From the NCBI GenBank assembly GCA_965227515.1, contig CBDDFZ010000001.1, positions 1,248,001 to 1,312,000 of the forward strand: a stretch of 64,000 nucleotides of DNA. The letters run 5' to 3'. Of this stretch, positions 1 through 10,096 are shown one piece after another; the first letter of the stretch is position 1, and each line of letters begins with the position of its first letter. Under the pieces are notes generated by a model. It worked only from the letters and a program-made list of their open reading frames with translations, did not search any database and was not told the DNA's origin. The translations under genes were made by a program, and so were the position numbers. Source of the DNA: Alphaproteobacteria bacterium (GTDB lineage: Bacteria > Pseudomonadota > Alphaproteobacteria > CALKHQ01).

Positions 1-1280
1 GCCCGGAAGATGAACTGCTGGATCTGCTGATCGCTCATGCCTTCCAGCGCCTCTTCCGAGGACAGGCCGTTGTCGACGATCTTCTTCTTGATCTTCTCAA
101 GGTTGAGGCCGCGACCGTCGTCGCTGATCTCGATGATGATATGGCCGCCCTCATGATAGGCGCGCAGCACGATCTTGCCGGTATCCGGCTTGCCGGCCTG
201 CTTGCGCTCGTCCGGGGTCTCCAGGCCGTGGTCGGCGGAGTTGCGGACCATGTGGGTGAGCGGGTCCTTGATCAGGTCCAGCACCTGCCGGTCCAGCTCG
301 GTGTCGGCGCCGACCATCTCGAGGTCGATCTTCTTGTCCAGCTCGACCGCAAGGTCGCGCACGATGCGCGGCAGCTTCGACCAGGCATTGCCGATCGGCT
401 GCATGCGCGTCTTCATCACGTTTTCCTGCAACTCGGACGTGACGTGGCTGAGGCGCTGCAACGGCGGAACGAACTCGCTGTCCGACTGGTTGCGCACCAT
501 CTGCAGCAGCTGGTTGCGGGTCAGAACCAGTTCGCTGACCAGGGTCATCAGGCTTTCCAGCAGGTTGACCCGGACGCGGATGGTCTGATTGGCGACCGCG
601 GATTCCTTCGCGTTGCCGCCGGCCTCGGCCGTGGCCTCGTTGGCCGGAGCCGCCGCGGCGGCCGGCTTGGAGTCGGCGGGCTTGCTGTCGGCCGGCTGGG
701 TGTCGGCCGGCTGGGCTTCGGCCGGCTGGGCGGCGTCTTCCGACGCTGCCTCGGCGGCGGGCTCGTCATTGGCTGGGACTTCGGCGGCGCCATCGTCGAT
801 GATCATCTCGATCGACTCATCGGCACTGGCATCAGCCTCGACCACAACCTCGGGGTCGGGGGCGGCCTCTTCGGCGGCAGCGGGCGCGGGCGCCGCGCCG
901 GCGTCGCCGTCGACAATCGCGTTCAGGCGGGAGATCAGCTCGCCGTCATCGCCCTCCGGCTCGACCTCTTTCGACTCTAGCTCGGAGAGCAGCCACTTGA
1001 TGCGGTCGATGGACTCCAACACGGTGGAGATGGTCGACGGCGCAACATCCAGCTCGCCATCGCGGATCTTGCCGAGGACGTTTTCCGATGCGTGGGCAAC
1101 CGCTTCCAGCCTTGGCAGGCCCAGGAAGCCGCACGTGCCCTTGATGGTGTGGACCAGTCGGAAAATGTTGCCCAACAAGTTCGGATCGTTGGGGTTCTGC
1201 TCGAGCTGCACCAGTTCAAGGTCCAGCACCGACAGGCTTTCCGACGTTTCGGTCAGGAACTCTGTGAGAAGATCATCCAT
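1..1280 (-). CDS. cheA: Chemotaxis histidine kinase CheA, 5' part; runs off the window edge
   Basis: Translated by hand from ATG at 1280: MDDLLTEFLTETSESL...IFRLVHTIKGTCGFLG (Hpt), Pro/Ala-rich linker, QTIRVRVNLLESLMTLVSELVL dimerisation segment, HMVRNSADHG and DDGRG ATPase boxes. Missing from the ORF track because no stop lies in the window. Confidence 0.95.
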   Translation of the reverse strand, partial: MDDLLTEFLTETSESLSVLDLELVQLEQNPNDPNLLGNIFRLVHTIKGTCGFLGLPRLEAVAHASENVLGKIRDGELDVAPSTISTVLESIDRIKWLLSELESKEVEPEGDDGELISRLNAIVDGDAGAAPAPAAAEEAAPDPEVVVEADASADESIEMIIDDGAAEVPANDEPAAEAASEDAAQPAEAQPADTQPADSKPADSKPAAAAAPANEATAEAGGNAKESAVANQTIRVRVNLLESLMTLVSELVLTRNQLLQMVRNQSDSEFVPPLQRLSHVTSELQENVMKTRMQPIGNAWSKLPRIVRDLAVELDKKIDLEMVGADTELDRQVLDLIKDPLTHMVRNSADHGLETPDERKQAGKPDTGKIVLRAYHEGGHIIIEISDDGRGLNLEKIKKKIVDNGLSSEEALEGMSDQQIQQFIFR

Positions 1281-1478
1281 GGCAATAAAATCCGAACTCC
1301 AGCGGTCGGGGCGCCGGCGCTGAATGTCCGTGACGCCGGTCGAGTAGCCGGCAAAATTACGGTGAAACACCCTAAAAAGGCGTAAAATGACCTGGCGGAA
1401 AGCAGCCGGCCGGTTGCGCGCGACGCGTTCGAACACACGCGGTAGCTGGAAATTCGCGCTTTTGCGGCCGTTACAAAT

Positions 1479-2459
1479 TTACATAAATGTTCCGGCCAGT
1501 GTGACCGGCACACCGCCCAGGCCGAGCTTGAAGTGGGCGACGCCGGGGGCGCCGGTGGTGTTCAAGCCGCCGACATCCAGGAATCCGTGGCCGGCATCGC
1601 GCAGGCGCAGCATCGCCTGCCACAGCAACAAATTGTGGGCCGCCGCCTGCCGGCCCTCCGGCCCGGTCCAGCCCACGTGATAGGTCGCCGCCGACCCGTG
1701 CCCCACCAGCATGACACCGGCAATCCGCGCCTTGCCGCGAAGCGCCACCAGCGTCAGAACACTGCGCCGGCCGGTCGCCAACAGGGCGTGCAGCGCGGCG
1801 GCATCCGGCGCCTTGTGCCGGCGTGCCCGCCGGAATGCGTCATGTTCGCCGATCAGCCAGTCGGCATCCGCGCCAGCGCCGTTCGTCGCGCGTACCCGAA
1901 TGCCGCTGTTCTCGGCCTTGACCAACAGGTTGCGCCACTTGCCGGCCAACCCGGCGCGCAACGCCGCATCGTCGCGGGCGAGATCGACCCAGGCGGTGTG
2001 ATAGCCGGTCATCACCCGCCGCATGCCAGCGCCGCGCATGGCAGCGACGACGGAGTCGGCGAACGGCAGGTCGGGCATCCACAACAGCACGGCACCACGG
2101 CGCCAGCGGTAGCGGCTGCGGACCGCGCGGAAGGTCGCGTCCAATGTCGTCGCATCGGGCGGCGCCAGCCAGGCCGGGCCGCGCAGGATGTGGCCCAGCC
2201 GCAGGCCGGCAAAGCGCTCCTTGGTCAGCACCTGCAGGACGCCAATCGTCTCGTTGCACTGCCTGATGGCGCAGCGCTCGACCCCATGGCCGGCCGCCAG
2301 GGTCGCGAACGCCGTGCCGTAGGCCCAGCTCTGCTCGAGCGCCGGCTGATGCGCGCGCGCAAGAAATGCATTCCAGCGGCGCTCCGGCAGGTCGGTCCAG
2401 TCGAGGGCGACCGGAGAGATCGGCGCCACGCCGGACGCCATGGCGCTGCTAGGCGACAT
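1479..2459 (-). CDS. FemAB/GNAT-family (lipid II:glycine peptidyltransferase-like) protein
   Basis: Motifs LEQSWAYG, GKWRNLL.KAE, HNLLLWQAM..L...G..FLDVGG, GVAHFKLGLGG. Start moved to MSPSS (2459); 2441 is also possible. Confidence 0.8.
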   Translation of the reverse strand: MSPSSAMASGVAPISPVALDWTDLPERRWNAFLARAHQPALEQSWAYGTAFATLAAGHGVERCAIRQCNETIGVLQVLTKERFAGLRLGHILRGPAWLAPPDATTLDATFRAVRSRYRWRRGAVLLWMPDLPFADSVVAAMRGAGMRRVMTGYHTAWVDLARDDAALRAGLAGKWRNLLVKAENSGIRVRATNGAGADADWLIGEHDAFRRARRHKAPDAAALHALLATGRRSVLTLVALRGKARIAGVMLVGHGSAATYHVGWTGPEGRQAAAHNLLLWQAMLRLRDAGHGFLDVGGLNTTGAPGVAHFKLGLGGVPVTLAGTFM

Positions 2460-2496
2460 CGCTTGCCCGCGTGCGCGAAATCGGCAGACTGCCGGC

Positions 2497-2718
2497 ATGG
2501 GACTCCCGACCGAGCGCAGGAAAGCCGCCAGCACGCGTTCGTCGCCGGCACATGCCGATCGATTCCCCGGTCCGAAGTTCACCGGCTGGGCCTGGGCGTA
2601 TTTCGGCATGTTCGTCGCCGCGCCGATCCTGCTTGTCGCGCTGTTGCTGGACGTGGTGGCCTACGCGGTGACCGCCTTGTGGTTCGACACCTGCTATGGC
2701 GTGCTCTGCCTGTTCTGA
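2497..2718 (+). CDS. Small hypothetical membrane protein
   Basis: 73 aa with a long hydrophobic segment and C-terminal CYGVLC; fills the gap divergent from the GNAT gene. Confidence 0.6.
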   Translation: MGLPTERRKAASTRSSPAHADRFPGPKFTGWAWAYFGMFVAAPILLVALLLDVVAYAVTALWFDTCYGVLCLF

Positions 2719-2871
2719 GGGGCTGCGGCCGCCAGGCCGAATCGTGCCGCCACGAAAGCGTGACGGACGCCGCACAATACTGGGGGCGACCACGCGCGGA
2801 AAGCTCCAGCGAACGGTGAGTAAACGCGATATCGGGAAGACTAGGCCGGCCCGTGGGCGCCGTGCCGCTGC

Positions 2872-3081
2872 TCAATCGATGAACTTGAGCTCCGCGGCCG
2901 CCATCTTGCCGTTCTTGCCGCGCACAAGTTCGTATTCGACCCGCTGACCTTCCGGCAGGCCCTCCAGGCCCGACCTTTGGACGGCTGAAATATGAACGAA
3001 TGCGTCTTTCGATCCGTCGTCAGGCACGATGAATCCGTACCCTTTGGTTGTATTGAACCACTTCACGGTGCCTGTCGGCAT
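2872..3081 (-). CDS. Cold-shock protein (CspA family)
   Basis: [16 protein letters not shown] (RNP1) and AFVHIS (RNP2); 69 aa; GGAG upstream. Confidence 0.95.
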   Translation of the reverse strand: MPTGTVKWFNTTKGYGFIVPDDGSKDAFVHISAVQRSGLEGLPEGQRVEYELVRGKNGKMAAAELKFID

Positions 3082-3408
3082 CGGCCTACTCCAAAAGGTT
3101 GCGCTCACGAACGGTGCGCAAACTAACCGTGCTCCAGGGGGCTTCCGACCACCAACGCACAGGCACTTAGCCGACCCGCAGCGCCAGTATGTCGCACGGA
3201 GACACCCAAGGCTTAACTTTCCGGAACAAGATGTCAACGGGTTGTTCCGGGCGCATCGACACTTTTTCTGGCGTTTCGCGCCCGTGACACTTTGATGATT
3301 TTGCCGGTCTGCAACCGGAGATCGCAAACTCCGCACGCTGCTTGCGCCGGGGCCCGGTCAACAACCGTATCTTAACTGTATCGGCCGAAAACCGGGGCGT
3401 TACCCAGT

Positions 3409-3900
3409 ATGAGAACGGAGAGTCCGGTGAGTGAAAGCCTCGTCGCCGAGCCACAGGAAGTGTCTGAGGACTGCATCCACCATTTCTTCTACCTCAGTTC
3501 GGCGTCCCGGATGCTTGCAGCGTCGGAACTGGAAGCGATTCTTGAGGTGTCGCGCCGCAACAATGCGGCCGCGGGCGTTACCGGAATGCTGATCCATCAC
3601 GAGGGGACCTTCATCCAGTATTTGGAGGGACCGCACGATGCCGTGGTGGCAACGGAGCGGCGCATCCGCCGCGACCGGCGCCACTCTGGCGTGCTGACCC
3701 TGTCGCAGGGCACCGACGGCCGCCGGCTGTTCGACGGCTGGAGCATGGGCTTCGCCAACGCACCGCAACTGGATGCGCAGGCGGATGCTGCCGGCGGGGC
3801 CTTCGATCTGTCTTGGCACGAACTGGACCGGCGCGTGCCGGAAGGTTTTCCGGATCTGATCCGCACCATGATGCGCCAGGTCTATACGTCGTCACGCTGA
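3409..3900 (+). CDS. Short BLUF-domain blue-light photoreceptor
   Basis: YLS, SRRNN..GVTGML, FIQYLEG, IRRDRRH and F.GWSM; the photoactive Tyr, Gln and Met are all present. Start uncertain (3409 or 3430). Confidence 0.9.
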   Translation: MRTESPVSESLVAEPQEVSEDCIHHFFYLSSASRMLAASELEAILEVSRRNNAAAGVTGMLIHHEGTFIQYLEGPHDAVVATERRIRRDRRHSGVLTLSQGTDGRRLFDGWSMGFANAPQLDAQADAAGGAFDLSWHELDRRVPEGFPDLIRTMMRQVYTSSR

Positions 3901-4041
3901 CGCGCCGCGACGGCCGGTTGGCCGCGCAGGCTGGACTCCGGCCCACCGACCCCAATATCTCACTATCGTAGAGCCGGGCGCCCCGCGTGGGCGGCGCGTC
4001 GGCGCATATGGTTGTGGTGCGGCCTGCCAGCGGTGACAGAG

Positions 4042-5412
4042 ATGAAACAGAACCAGATACCGGACCCCGGCGTCATCTTCCGGATGGTGGGCGAGGACTA
4101 TGCCGGCGCCGCGACGCTGCCGATGGGCGAACGCGAGCTGGCCGAGCTTTCGCTGTGGATCGTCGAGGCGGGGCTCGCCCAGACCACCGACGAGGCGCTG
4201 GTGGCCGGCCTGGCGGACCGCCTGGCGGCGCTGGGCATTCCGCTGCTTCGCGTCAACATGAGCTACACCACCCTCCACCCGACCATTGCCGGGCGCGAGC
4301 TGGAGTGGTGGCGGGACAATGCCTCCGTGGCGCTGAACCTGTGGCAGCGCGAGAGCATGGAGCAGACCAACGCACGGGGCGACAGGCCCTACCCGTACAT
4401 GCTGAAGAACGACGTCGCGGCGATCCGCGCCGACCTGACCGACCCTGAGCACCAGGCGCGCTTTCCGCTGTTCGCCTCGCTCGCCGAGATCGGCGGCACC
4501 GGCTACTACGGACGCATCTACCGGCTCGCCGAATCGCAAAATCCGCAGGTCTTCAACGGTGTCGCGATCTCATGGGTGACGGACGGCCCGGAGGGCATGA
4601 CCGACGCCTATGTCGAGATGTTCGAACGGCTGCTGCCCTACATCGTCTCCGCCGCCAGGGGCATGGCGACCGAGACCGTCGCCCGGGGCCTGCTGGAAAC
4701 CTATATCGGGCCGGACGCCGGCCGCCGCGTGTTCGGCGGGACGGTCACCCGCGGCGATGCCGAGACCATCCGCGCGGTGATCTGGTTCGCCGATATGCGC
4801 GGCTTCACCAAGATCGCCGACACGCTGCCGCCGGACCAGTTGATGGCGCTGTTGAACCGGTATTTCGAGGTCATGGTGGACATCGTCATCGCCCATGGCG
4901 GCGATGTGCTGAAGTTCCTGGGCGACGGGCTGCTGGCGATCTTCCGCGATGCCGATGGCGGGCCCGCATGCAAGCCTGCGCTGGCGGCGGCGCACGAACT
5001 GCAGGGCGCGCTGGCGAAGCTGGATGCCGAGCAGGCGGCGGCCGGTCTGCCGCTGGCCGGTTTTCGGGTGGCGCTGCACGTGGGCGAGCTGCTCTACGGC
5101 AACATCGGCGGGCGTGACCGGCTGGACTTCACCGTGCTGGGCCCGGCGGTGAACGAGGCGAGCCGGATGAACGCGCTCGCCAAGTCGCTGGAGCAGGACG
5201 TGATCGTCTCGTCCGCCTTCGCGCAAGTCTGCGACCGCGCCGACGCCTGCCAGGTCGCCGGCGGCCTGGTCTCCCTCGGCCGCTATGCCTTGCGCGGCGT
5301 CGGCGCGCCCCAGCACCTCTACACCCTGGACACGTCTGGCGATGTGGAGGCCGATCCGGGGCGCGGGCATCAAGAGGGCGATCAAGAGGGCGATCAAGAG
5401 GGCGGCGGTTAA
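4042..5412 (+). CDS. Class III adenylate/guanylate cyclase with GAF-like N-terminal region
   Basis: FADMRGFT, KFLGDG and GNIGG.DRLDFTVLGPAVNEASR; Lys/Asp specificity pair suggests ATP. Confidence 0.92.
   Translation: MKQNQIPDPGVIFRMVGEDYAGAATLPMGERELAELSLWIVEAGLAQTTDEALVAGLADRLAALGIPLLRVNMSYTTLHPTIAGRELEWWRDNASVALNLWQRESMEQTNARGDRPYPYMLKNDVAAIRADLTDPEHQARFPLFASLAEIGGTGYYGRIYRLAESQNPQVFNGVAISWVTDGPEGMTDAYVEMFERLLPYIVSAARGMATETVARGLLETYIGPDAGRRVFGGTVTRGDAETIRAVIWFADMRGFTKIADTLPPDQLMALLNRYFEVMVDIVIAHGGDVLKFLGDGLLAIFRDADGGPACKPALAAAHELQGALAKLDAEQAAAGLPLAGFRVALHVGELLYGNIGGRDRLDFTVLGPAVNEASRMNALAKSLEQDVIVSSAFAQVCDRADACQVAGGLVSLGRYALRGVGAPQHLYTLDTSGDVEADPGRGHQEGDQEGDQEGGG
5369..5404 (+). repeat. 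12-bp tandem repeat x3 (ATCAAGAGGGCG) encoding the QEGD tail of the cyclase
   Basis: Read directly from the sequence. Confidence 0.9.
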
Positions 5413-5474
5413 CGCCATTTTATGCATGCGCTGCCACAGTGCTCCGGTCGAGCATCGAGAGCACGGACGGCGCC

Positions 5475-6596
5475 ATGAAGGCTTCCACCACCGCATCCCC
5501 GCCACATCAGCAGCCTGCCGCGCAGGCGCCCAAGCCATCGACCGCACAATCGCCCACTGCGCCACCCAAAGTGGCCCAGGGCGACGGCCCGGACGTGATG
5601 CTGTCGGTGGTGGTTCCGGTGTTCAACGAGGAAGAGACCATCAAGGTCTTCCTGGACCGTGTGGAGCCCATCCTGCAGTTGGTCTGTGCCCCGCAGGCCT
5701 ATGAGATCGTGTTCGTGGACGATGGCAGCCGCGACCGCACGGTCGACGCCATTCTGTCGGCGCGCGGCGACAACCCGTCAGTGCGCCTGGTTCGGCTTTC
5801 GCGCAATTTCGGCAAGGACATCGCGCTGACCGCGGGCATCGACCATGCCGTCGGCGCCGGTGTTATCCCGATGGACGTAGACCTTCAGGACCCGCCGGAA
5901 GTGATCCCGGCGATGGTGGAGGCGTGGCGCAACGGCAATGACGTGGTCTACGCGACCCGCGCGCGGCGCGAGGGCGACGGGCCGCTGAAGCGGTTCAGCG
6001 CGCGCTGGTTCTACACCGTGCACAACTGGTTGGCCGACGTCCCGATCCCCCACGACACCGGCGACTTCCGCCTGATGGACCGCCGGGTGGTGGAGGCGCT
6101 GAAGCTGTTGCCGGAACGCAACCGGTTCATGAAGGGCCTGTTCACCTGGGTCGGCTTCAAGCAGACCGGCATCGAATACGAGCGCGCGGCCCGTGCTGTC
6201 GGTGACAGCAAATGGCGCTACTGGAAGCTGTGGACGTTCGCGCTGGACGGCATCACCGCGTCGTCGACCGCGCCGCTCAGGATCTGGGGCTATCTCGGTG
6301 CCTTCATCGCGCTGGGCAGCTTCGCCTATGCCATGGTGCTGGTGATCCAGGGCCTGCTGTTCGGCAGCGAAGTGCCGGGCTACACCTCGCTGATGGTGGC
6401 CGTCCTGTTCATGGGCGGCATCAACCTGCTCACCCTGGGCATTATCGGCGAATATCTGGGCCGCACCTATGCCGAGGTGAAGAGCCGGCCGCTCTATCTG
6501 GTCAGCGAACGCCATGGCGTGGCGACCGCGCCCGCCGTGCTGCCGGTCGACCAACCGACCGTGCCGGCGCAGGACTACACGGTGGCGGCGGAATGA
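5475..6596 (+). CDS. GT2 bactoprenol glycosyltransferase (GtrB-like)
   Basis: SVVVPVFNEE, VDDGSRD, LSRNFGK, MDVDLQDPP, GDFRLMDR and two C-terminal TM helices. Confidence 0.92.
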   Translation: MKASTTASPPHQQPAAQAPKPSTAQSPTAPPKVAQGDGPDVMLSVVVPVFNEEETIKVFLDRVEPILQLVCAPQAYEIVFVDDGSRDRTVDAILSARGDNPSVRLVRLSRNFGKDIALTAGIDHAVGAGVIPMDVDLQDPPEVIPAMVEAWRNGNDVVYATRARREGDGPLKRFSARWFYTVHNWLADVPIPHDTGDFRLMDRRVVEALKLLPERNRFMKGLFTWVGFKQTGIEYERAARAVGDSKWRYWKLWTFALDGITASSTAPLRIWGYLGAFIALGSFAYAMVLVIQGLLFGSEVPGYTSLMVAVLFMGGINLLTLGIIGEYLGRTYAEVKSRPLYLVSERHGVATAPAVLPVDQPTVPAQDYTVAAE

Positions 6597-7027
6597 GCGT
6601 GGAGACCGCCGTGCCGCCGCGCCACCTGTTCCTGGAACTGGTGCGCTTCGGCATCGTCGGCGTCGCCGCGACCCTGGTGCATGTCGGCGTGGCGGTCGCG
6701 TGTGTCGAGGCCGCTGGCCTGGACCCGTTCGTCGCCAACCTGCTCGCGTTCACCACGGCGGTCGGCATCTCCTATGTCGGTCATATGTACGTGACGTTCG
6801 GTGCGCGCGGCGCCCATGCGCAGCGGCTGCCCCGTTTCGTCGCCACCGCCCTGTTGGGGCTGGGCCTGAACCAGTTGATCATGGCGACCTGGGTCAGCGC
6901 CCTGGAATGGGACTATCGTGGCGCGCTTGCCATCGTCGTGACCCTGGTGCCGGCGCTGACCTACGCGGTCTCCAAGAAGTGGGTGTTCGGCGGCCACGCC
7001 CACCGCGCTGCCGAGACCGCGCGGTAA
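6593..7027 (+). CDS. GtrA-family flippase-like membrane protein
   Basis: ATGA overlap with the GT2 stop; LVRFGIVG..ATLVH...RF...KKWVF with four TM segments. Confidence 0.88.
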   Translation: MSVETAVPPRHLFLELVRFGIVGVAATLVHVGVAVACVEAAGLDPFVANLLAFTTAVGISYVGHMYVTFGARGAHAQRLPRFVATALLGLGLNQLIMATWVSALEWDYRGALAIVVTLVPALTYAVSKKWVFGGHAHRAAETAR

Positions 7028-7051
7028 CGGTTTCTGGCACTATCCCTTTTC

Positions 7052-7141
7052 GTCATGCCCGCACTTGTTGCGGGCATCCACGTCTTGTTGGCCGCTCAAG
7101 CGGCCATTTTCGTGGATGGTCGGGTCAAGCCCGACCATGAC
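7052..7141. repeat. GTCAT...ATGAC alphaproteobacterial REP-like palindromic element (family C)
   Basis: GTCATGCCCGCACTTGTTGCGGGCATCCACG...CGTGGATGGTCGGGTCAAGCCCGACCATGAC with nested hairpins, between convergent genes. Confidence 0.8.
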
Positions 7142-7174
7142 AGTCTTGGCTTGTATTGCCGGCGCTCGTGCGGA

Positions 7175-7459
7175 TCAGACCGACAGCGCGGCGCGGTAGG
7201 TGTCGAGCAGGGCCTCCATCTCCTGGCGGTCGGCCGGCTCCATCTTGCGCAGGCGAATCACCTGGCGCATGGTCTTCGGGTCGAAGCCGTCCGACTTCGC
7301 CTCGGCATAGACTTCCTTGATGTCGGCGGACAGCGCCGCCTTTTCCTCTTCCAGCTGCTCGATGCGCTCGATGAAGCTGCGCAACCGCTCGACCGCGACT
7401 CCGCCAACGTCTGCGCTCCCAGCGTCTGTGCCTGCTGCGGCGCTGCCCTGTTCGCTCAT
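7175..7459 (-). CDS. gapR: Nucleoid-associated protein GapR (DUF2312)
   Basis: [15 protein letters not shown]....[24 protein letters not shown]. Confidence 0.92.
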   Translation of the reverse strand: MSEQGSAAAGTDAGSADVGGVAVERLRSFIERIEQLEEEKAALSADIKEVYAEAKSDGFDPKTMRQVIRLRKMEPADRQEMEALLDTYRAALSV

Positions 7460-7540
7460 GCCATCCCCGTCCGAATCCAGAATTGAGCGGCGCACAATAT
7501 GGAGGCCGCCTGCCAGGTGCAAACCTGGAATTCGATATCC

Positions 7541-7843
<303 letters not shown>

Positions 7844-7949
7844 GGCGGCCTCCGGCTGATGATGTAGGTTTCTATCCATGTGGGGCGTGAGGCGGCTGGT
7901 CGTCAAGCTTTGGGCGTCAAGCGTATCGCCGTCGCAGCAGGAGGTATTC

Positions 7950-8630
7950 GTGACTGCCAAGACCGGCTTCGACACAAAGCACCCGAAGGGGCAGACCGCG
8001 TTCCTGCTCGACAGGTTCGGAGTCACGCTGGTGGTGGATGTCGGCGCCAATCGCGGCCAGTACGCGCGCGGGCTGCGCGACCATGGCTATGGCGGGCGGA
8101 TCGTGTCGCTGGAGCCGCTGTCGGAGGCGCATGCCGCGTTGGAGGCTGCGGCGGCCGGCGACCCGGCCTGGACCGTGGCGCCGCGCGCGGCGGTGGGGGC
8201 GTCAGCGGGCACCGCCACCATCAACGTCTCCGCCTCGTCCGACATGAGTTCGGCGCTCGCTTTCACCGCGGAGACCGAGCGCCACTTCGCATCCGACCGG
8301 TTCGTCGCCGCGGAGACCGTGCCGCAGACCACGGTGGACGCCGTGCTGGCGGAACATGCGCGGCCCGGCGACCGGGTGTTCCTGAAGTCGGACACCCAGG
8401 GGTTCGAGTTGGAGGTGCTGAAGGGCGCGGCCGCCAGCCTGCCAACGATCACGGGCCTGCAACTGGAGGTCTCGCTACACCCGATCTACCAGGGGCAGCC
8501 GGGGTTCGCCGACGTGCTTGCAGCGGTGGCAGTGCACGGCTTCGCCATCCACCAGGTGATCCCCGGCTATTTCAGCCGCCACCACGGCCGCATGCTGGAG
8601 ATGGACGCGGTGCTGTTCCGGGAGGGGTAG
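7950..8630 (+). CDS. FkbM-family methyltransferase
   Basis: VVDVGANRGQY, SLEP and FLKSDTQGFELEVLKGA; GTG start after AGGAGG. Confidence 0.9.
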   Translation: MTAKTGFDTKHPKGQTAFLLDRFGVTLVVDVGANRGQYARGLRDHGYGGRIVSLEPLSEAHAALEAAAAGDPAWTVAPRAAVGASAGTATINVSASSDMSSALAFTAETERHFASDRFVAAETVPQTTVDAVLAEHARPGDRVFLKSDTQGFELEVLKGAAASLPTITGLQLEVSLHPIYQGQPGFADVLAAVAVHGFAIHQVIPGYFSRHHGRMLEMDAVLFREG

Positions 8631-8642
8631 TAGCTCAGAATC

Positions 8643-8730
8643 GTAGCCCGGGTGGAGCGCAGCGCAACCCGGGGTAAATCCGTGCCGCCACCCGTAGTCC
8701 CCGGGTTCCGTTCCACTCCACCCGGGCTAC
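8643..8730. repeat. Inverted pair of GTAG-type REP elements (family A)
   Basis: GTAGCCCGGGTGGAGCGCAGCGCAACCCGGG...CCCGGGTTCCGTTCCACTCCACCCGGGCTAC; second copy at 12807. Confidence 0.85.
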
Positions 8731-9998
8731 ACCCCCCGCACCAGCACGTGGCGTTTCTTGCCGGCGGAAAGCTTGATCGCGCCGTCGGGCCCGGCGTCGG
8801 CGGAGGAGACGGTGACGCTGTCGTCGGCAATCGGCGTGTCGTTCAGCCGGGCGCCGCCGCCCTTGATCAGCCGTCGCGCCGCTGAGTTACTGTCAGCCAG
8901 CCCGGCGCGGGCCAGCAGCACGAAGGCCGGCATGCCGGCGTCCAGCTCCGCCGACGGCACCTCCACCGTCGGCAGGCCGGCGGCGGTGGCCCCGGCCTCG
9001 AACGTCGCGCGCGCGGTCTCCGCCGCCTGTTCGGCCGCCGCGTCGCCGTGGGCCAGCCTGGTCGCCTCGGTCGCCAGCACCTTCTTGGCATCGTTGAGTT
9101 CCGCGCCCTCTAGCGCAGACAGCCGTGCGATCTCGTCCATCGGCAGCTCGGTGAAATAGGCCATGAACCGGCCGACGTCGCCGTCCTCGGTGTTGCGCCA
9201 GAACTGCCAGTAGTCGTAGGCGCTGAGCCGCTCCTCGTTCAGCCACACTGCGCCAGCGGCGGTCTTGCCCATCTTGGCGCCGCTGGAGGTGGTGATCAGC
9301 GGGCAGGTCAGCCCGAACATCGGCGGCGCGTCCTGGTCATCGGCCGCCGCCACCCGGCGGCCCAGCTCGACGCCATTGACGATGTTGCCCCACTGATCCG
9401 ACCCGCCCATCTGCAGACGGCAGCCGAGGCGGTTGCGCAGCTCCACGAAGTCGTAGGCCTGCAGGATCATGTAGTTGAATTCCAGGAACGACAGCGGCTG
9501 GTCGCGCTCCAGGCGCAGCTTCACGGAATCGAAGCTCAGCATGCGGTTGACCGAGAAATGCCGGCCGAAATCGCGCAGGAACGGGATGTAGGTCAGCGTG
9601 TCCAGCCAGTCGGCATTGTTGACCATGATGGCGTCGGTCGGCCCGTCGCCGAAGGTCAGGAAGCGCTCGAACACCTTGCGGATGCCGGCCATGTTGGCGG
9701 CGATCGCCTCGTCGGTCAGCAACACCCGGCTCTCGTCCTTGCCGGAGGGATCGCCCACCTTGGTGGTGCCGCCGCCCATCAGCACGATCGGCTTGTGGCC
9801 GGTCTTCTGCAGCCAGCGCAGCATCATGATGCCCATCAGGCTGCCGACGTGCAGGCTGTCGGCGGTGCAGTCGAAGCCGATATACGCCGTCACGGGCTCG
9901 CGCGATGCCAGGTTGTCCAGCGCGGCCGGGTCGGTGCATTGATGCAGGAAGCCGCGCGCCTCGAGTGTCGACATGAAGTCCGACGTGAACGCGCTCAT
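8727..9998 (-). CDS. tyrS: Tyrosine--tRNA ligase
   Basis: [14 protein letters not shown] (HIGH), [17 protein letters not shown] and C-terminal S4 domain. Confidence 0.97.
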   Translation of the reverse strand: MSAFTSDFMSTLEARGFLHQCTDPAALDNLASREPVTAYIGFDCTADSLHVGSLMGIMMLRWLQKTGHKPIVLMGGGTTKVGDPSGKDESRVLLTDEAIAANMAGIRKVFERFLTFGDGPTDAIMVNNADWLDTLTYIPFLRDFGRHFSVNRMLSFDSVKLRLERDQPLSFLEFNYMILQAYDFVELRNRLGCRLQMGGSDQWGNIVNGVELGRRVAAADDQDAPPMFGLTCPLITTSSGAKMGKTAAGAVWLNEERLSAYDYWQFWRNTEDGDVGRFMAYFTELPMDEIARLSALEGAELNDAKKVLATEATRLAHGDAAAEQAAETARATFEAGATAAGLPTVEVPSAELDAGMPAFVLLARAGLADSNSAARRLIKGGGARLNDTPIADDSVTVSSADAGPDGAIKLSAGKKRHVLVRGV

Positions 9999-10096
9999 GA
10001 CAGTCAGGTTCCGTTGATGCTTTGATTGATGGCGGGCGCCTCGTCTACCATCCGGGCTTCGACATGCCAACGGACGATTCGTGCAAAGGGTCGAGG

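Noticed and set aside
660-745. 15-bp tandem repeats within cheA
   Set aside because: They encode the ordinary low-complexity P1-P3 linker (QPAD/KPAD).
1360-1390. Degenerate CtrA-like sites upstream of cheA, and also near 3361, 14011 and 33261
   Set aside because: Each has two or more mismatches or is only a half-site. They are plausible but cannot be supported from sequence alone.
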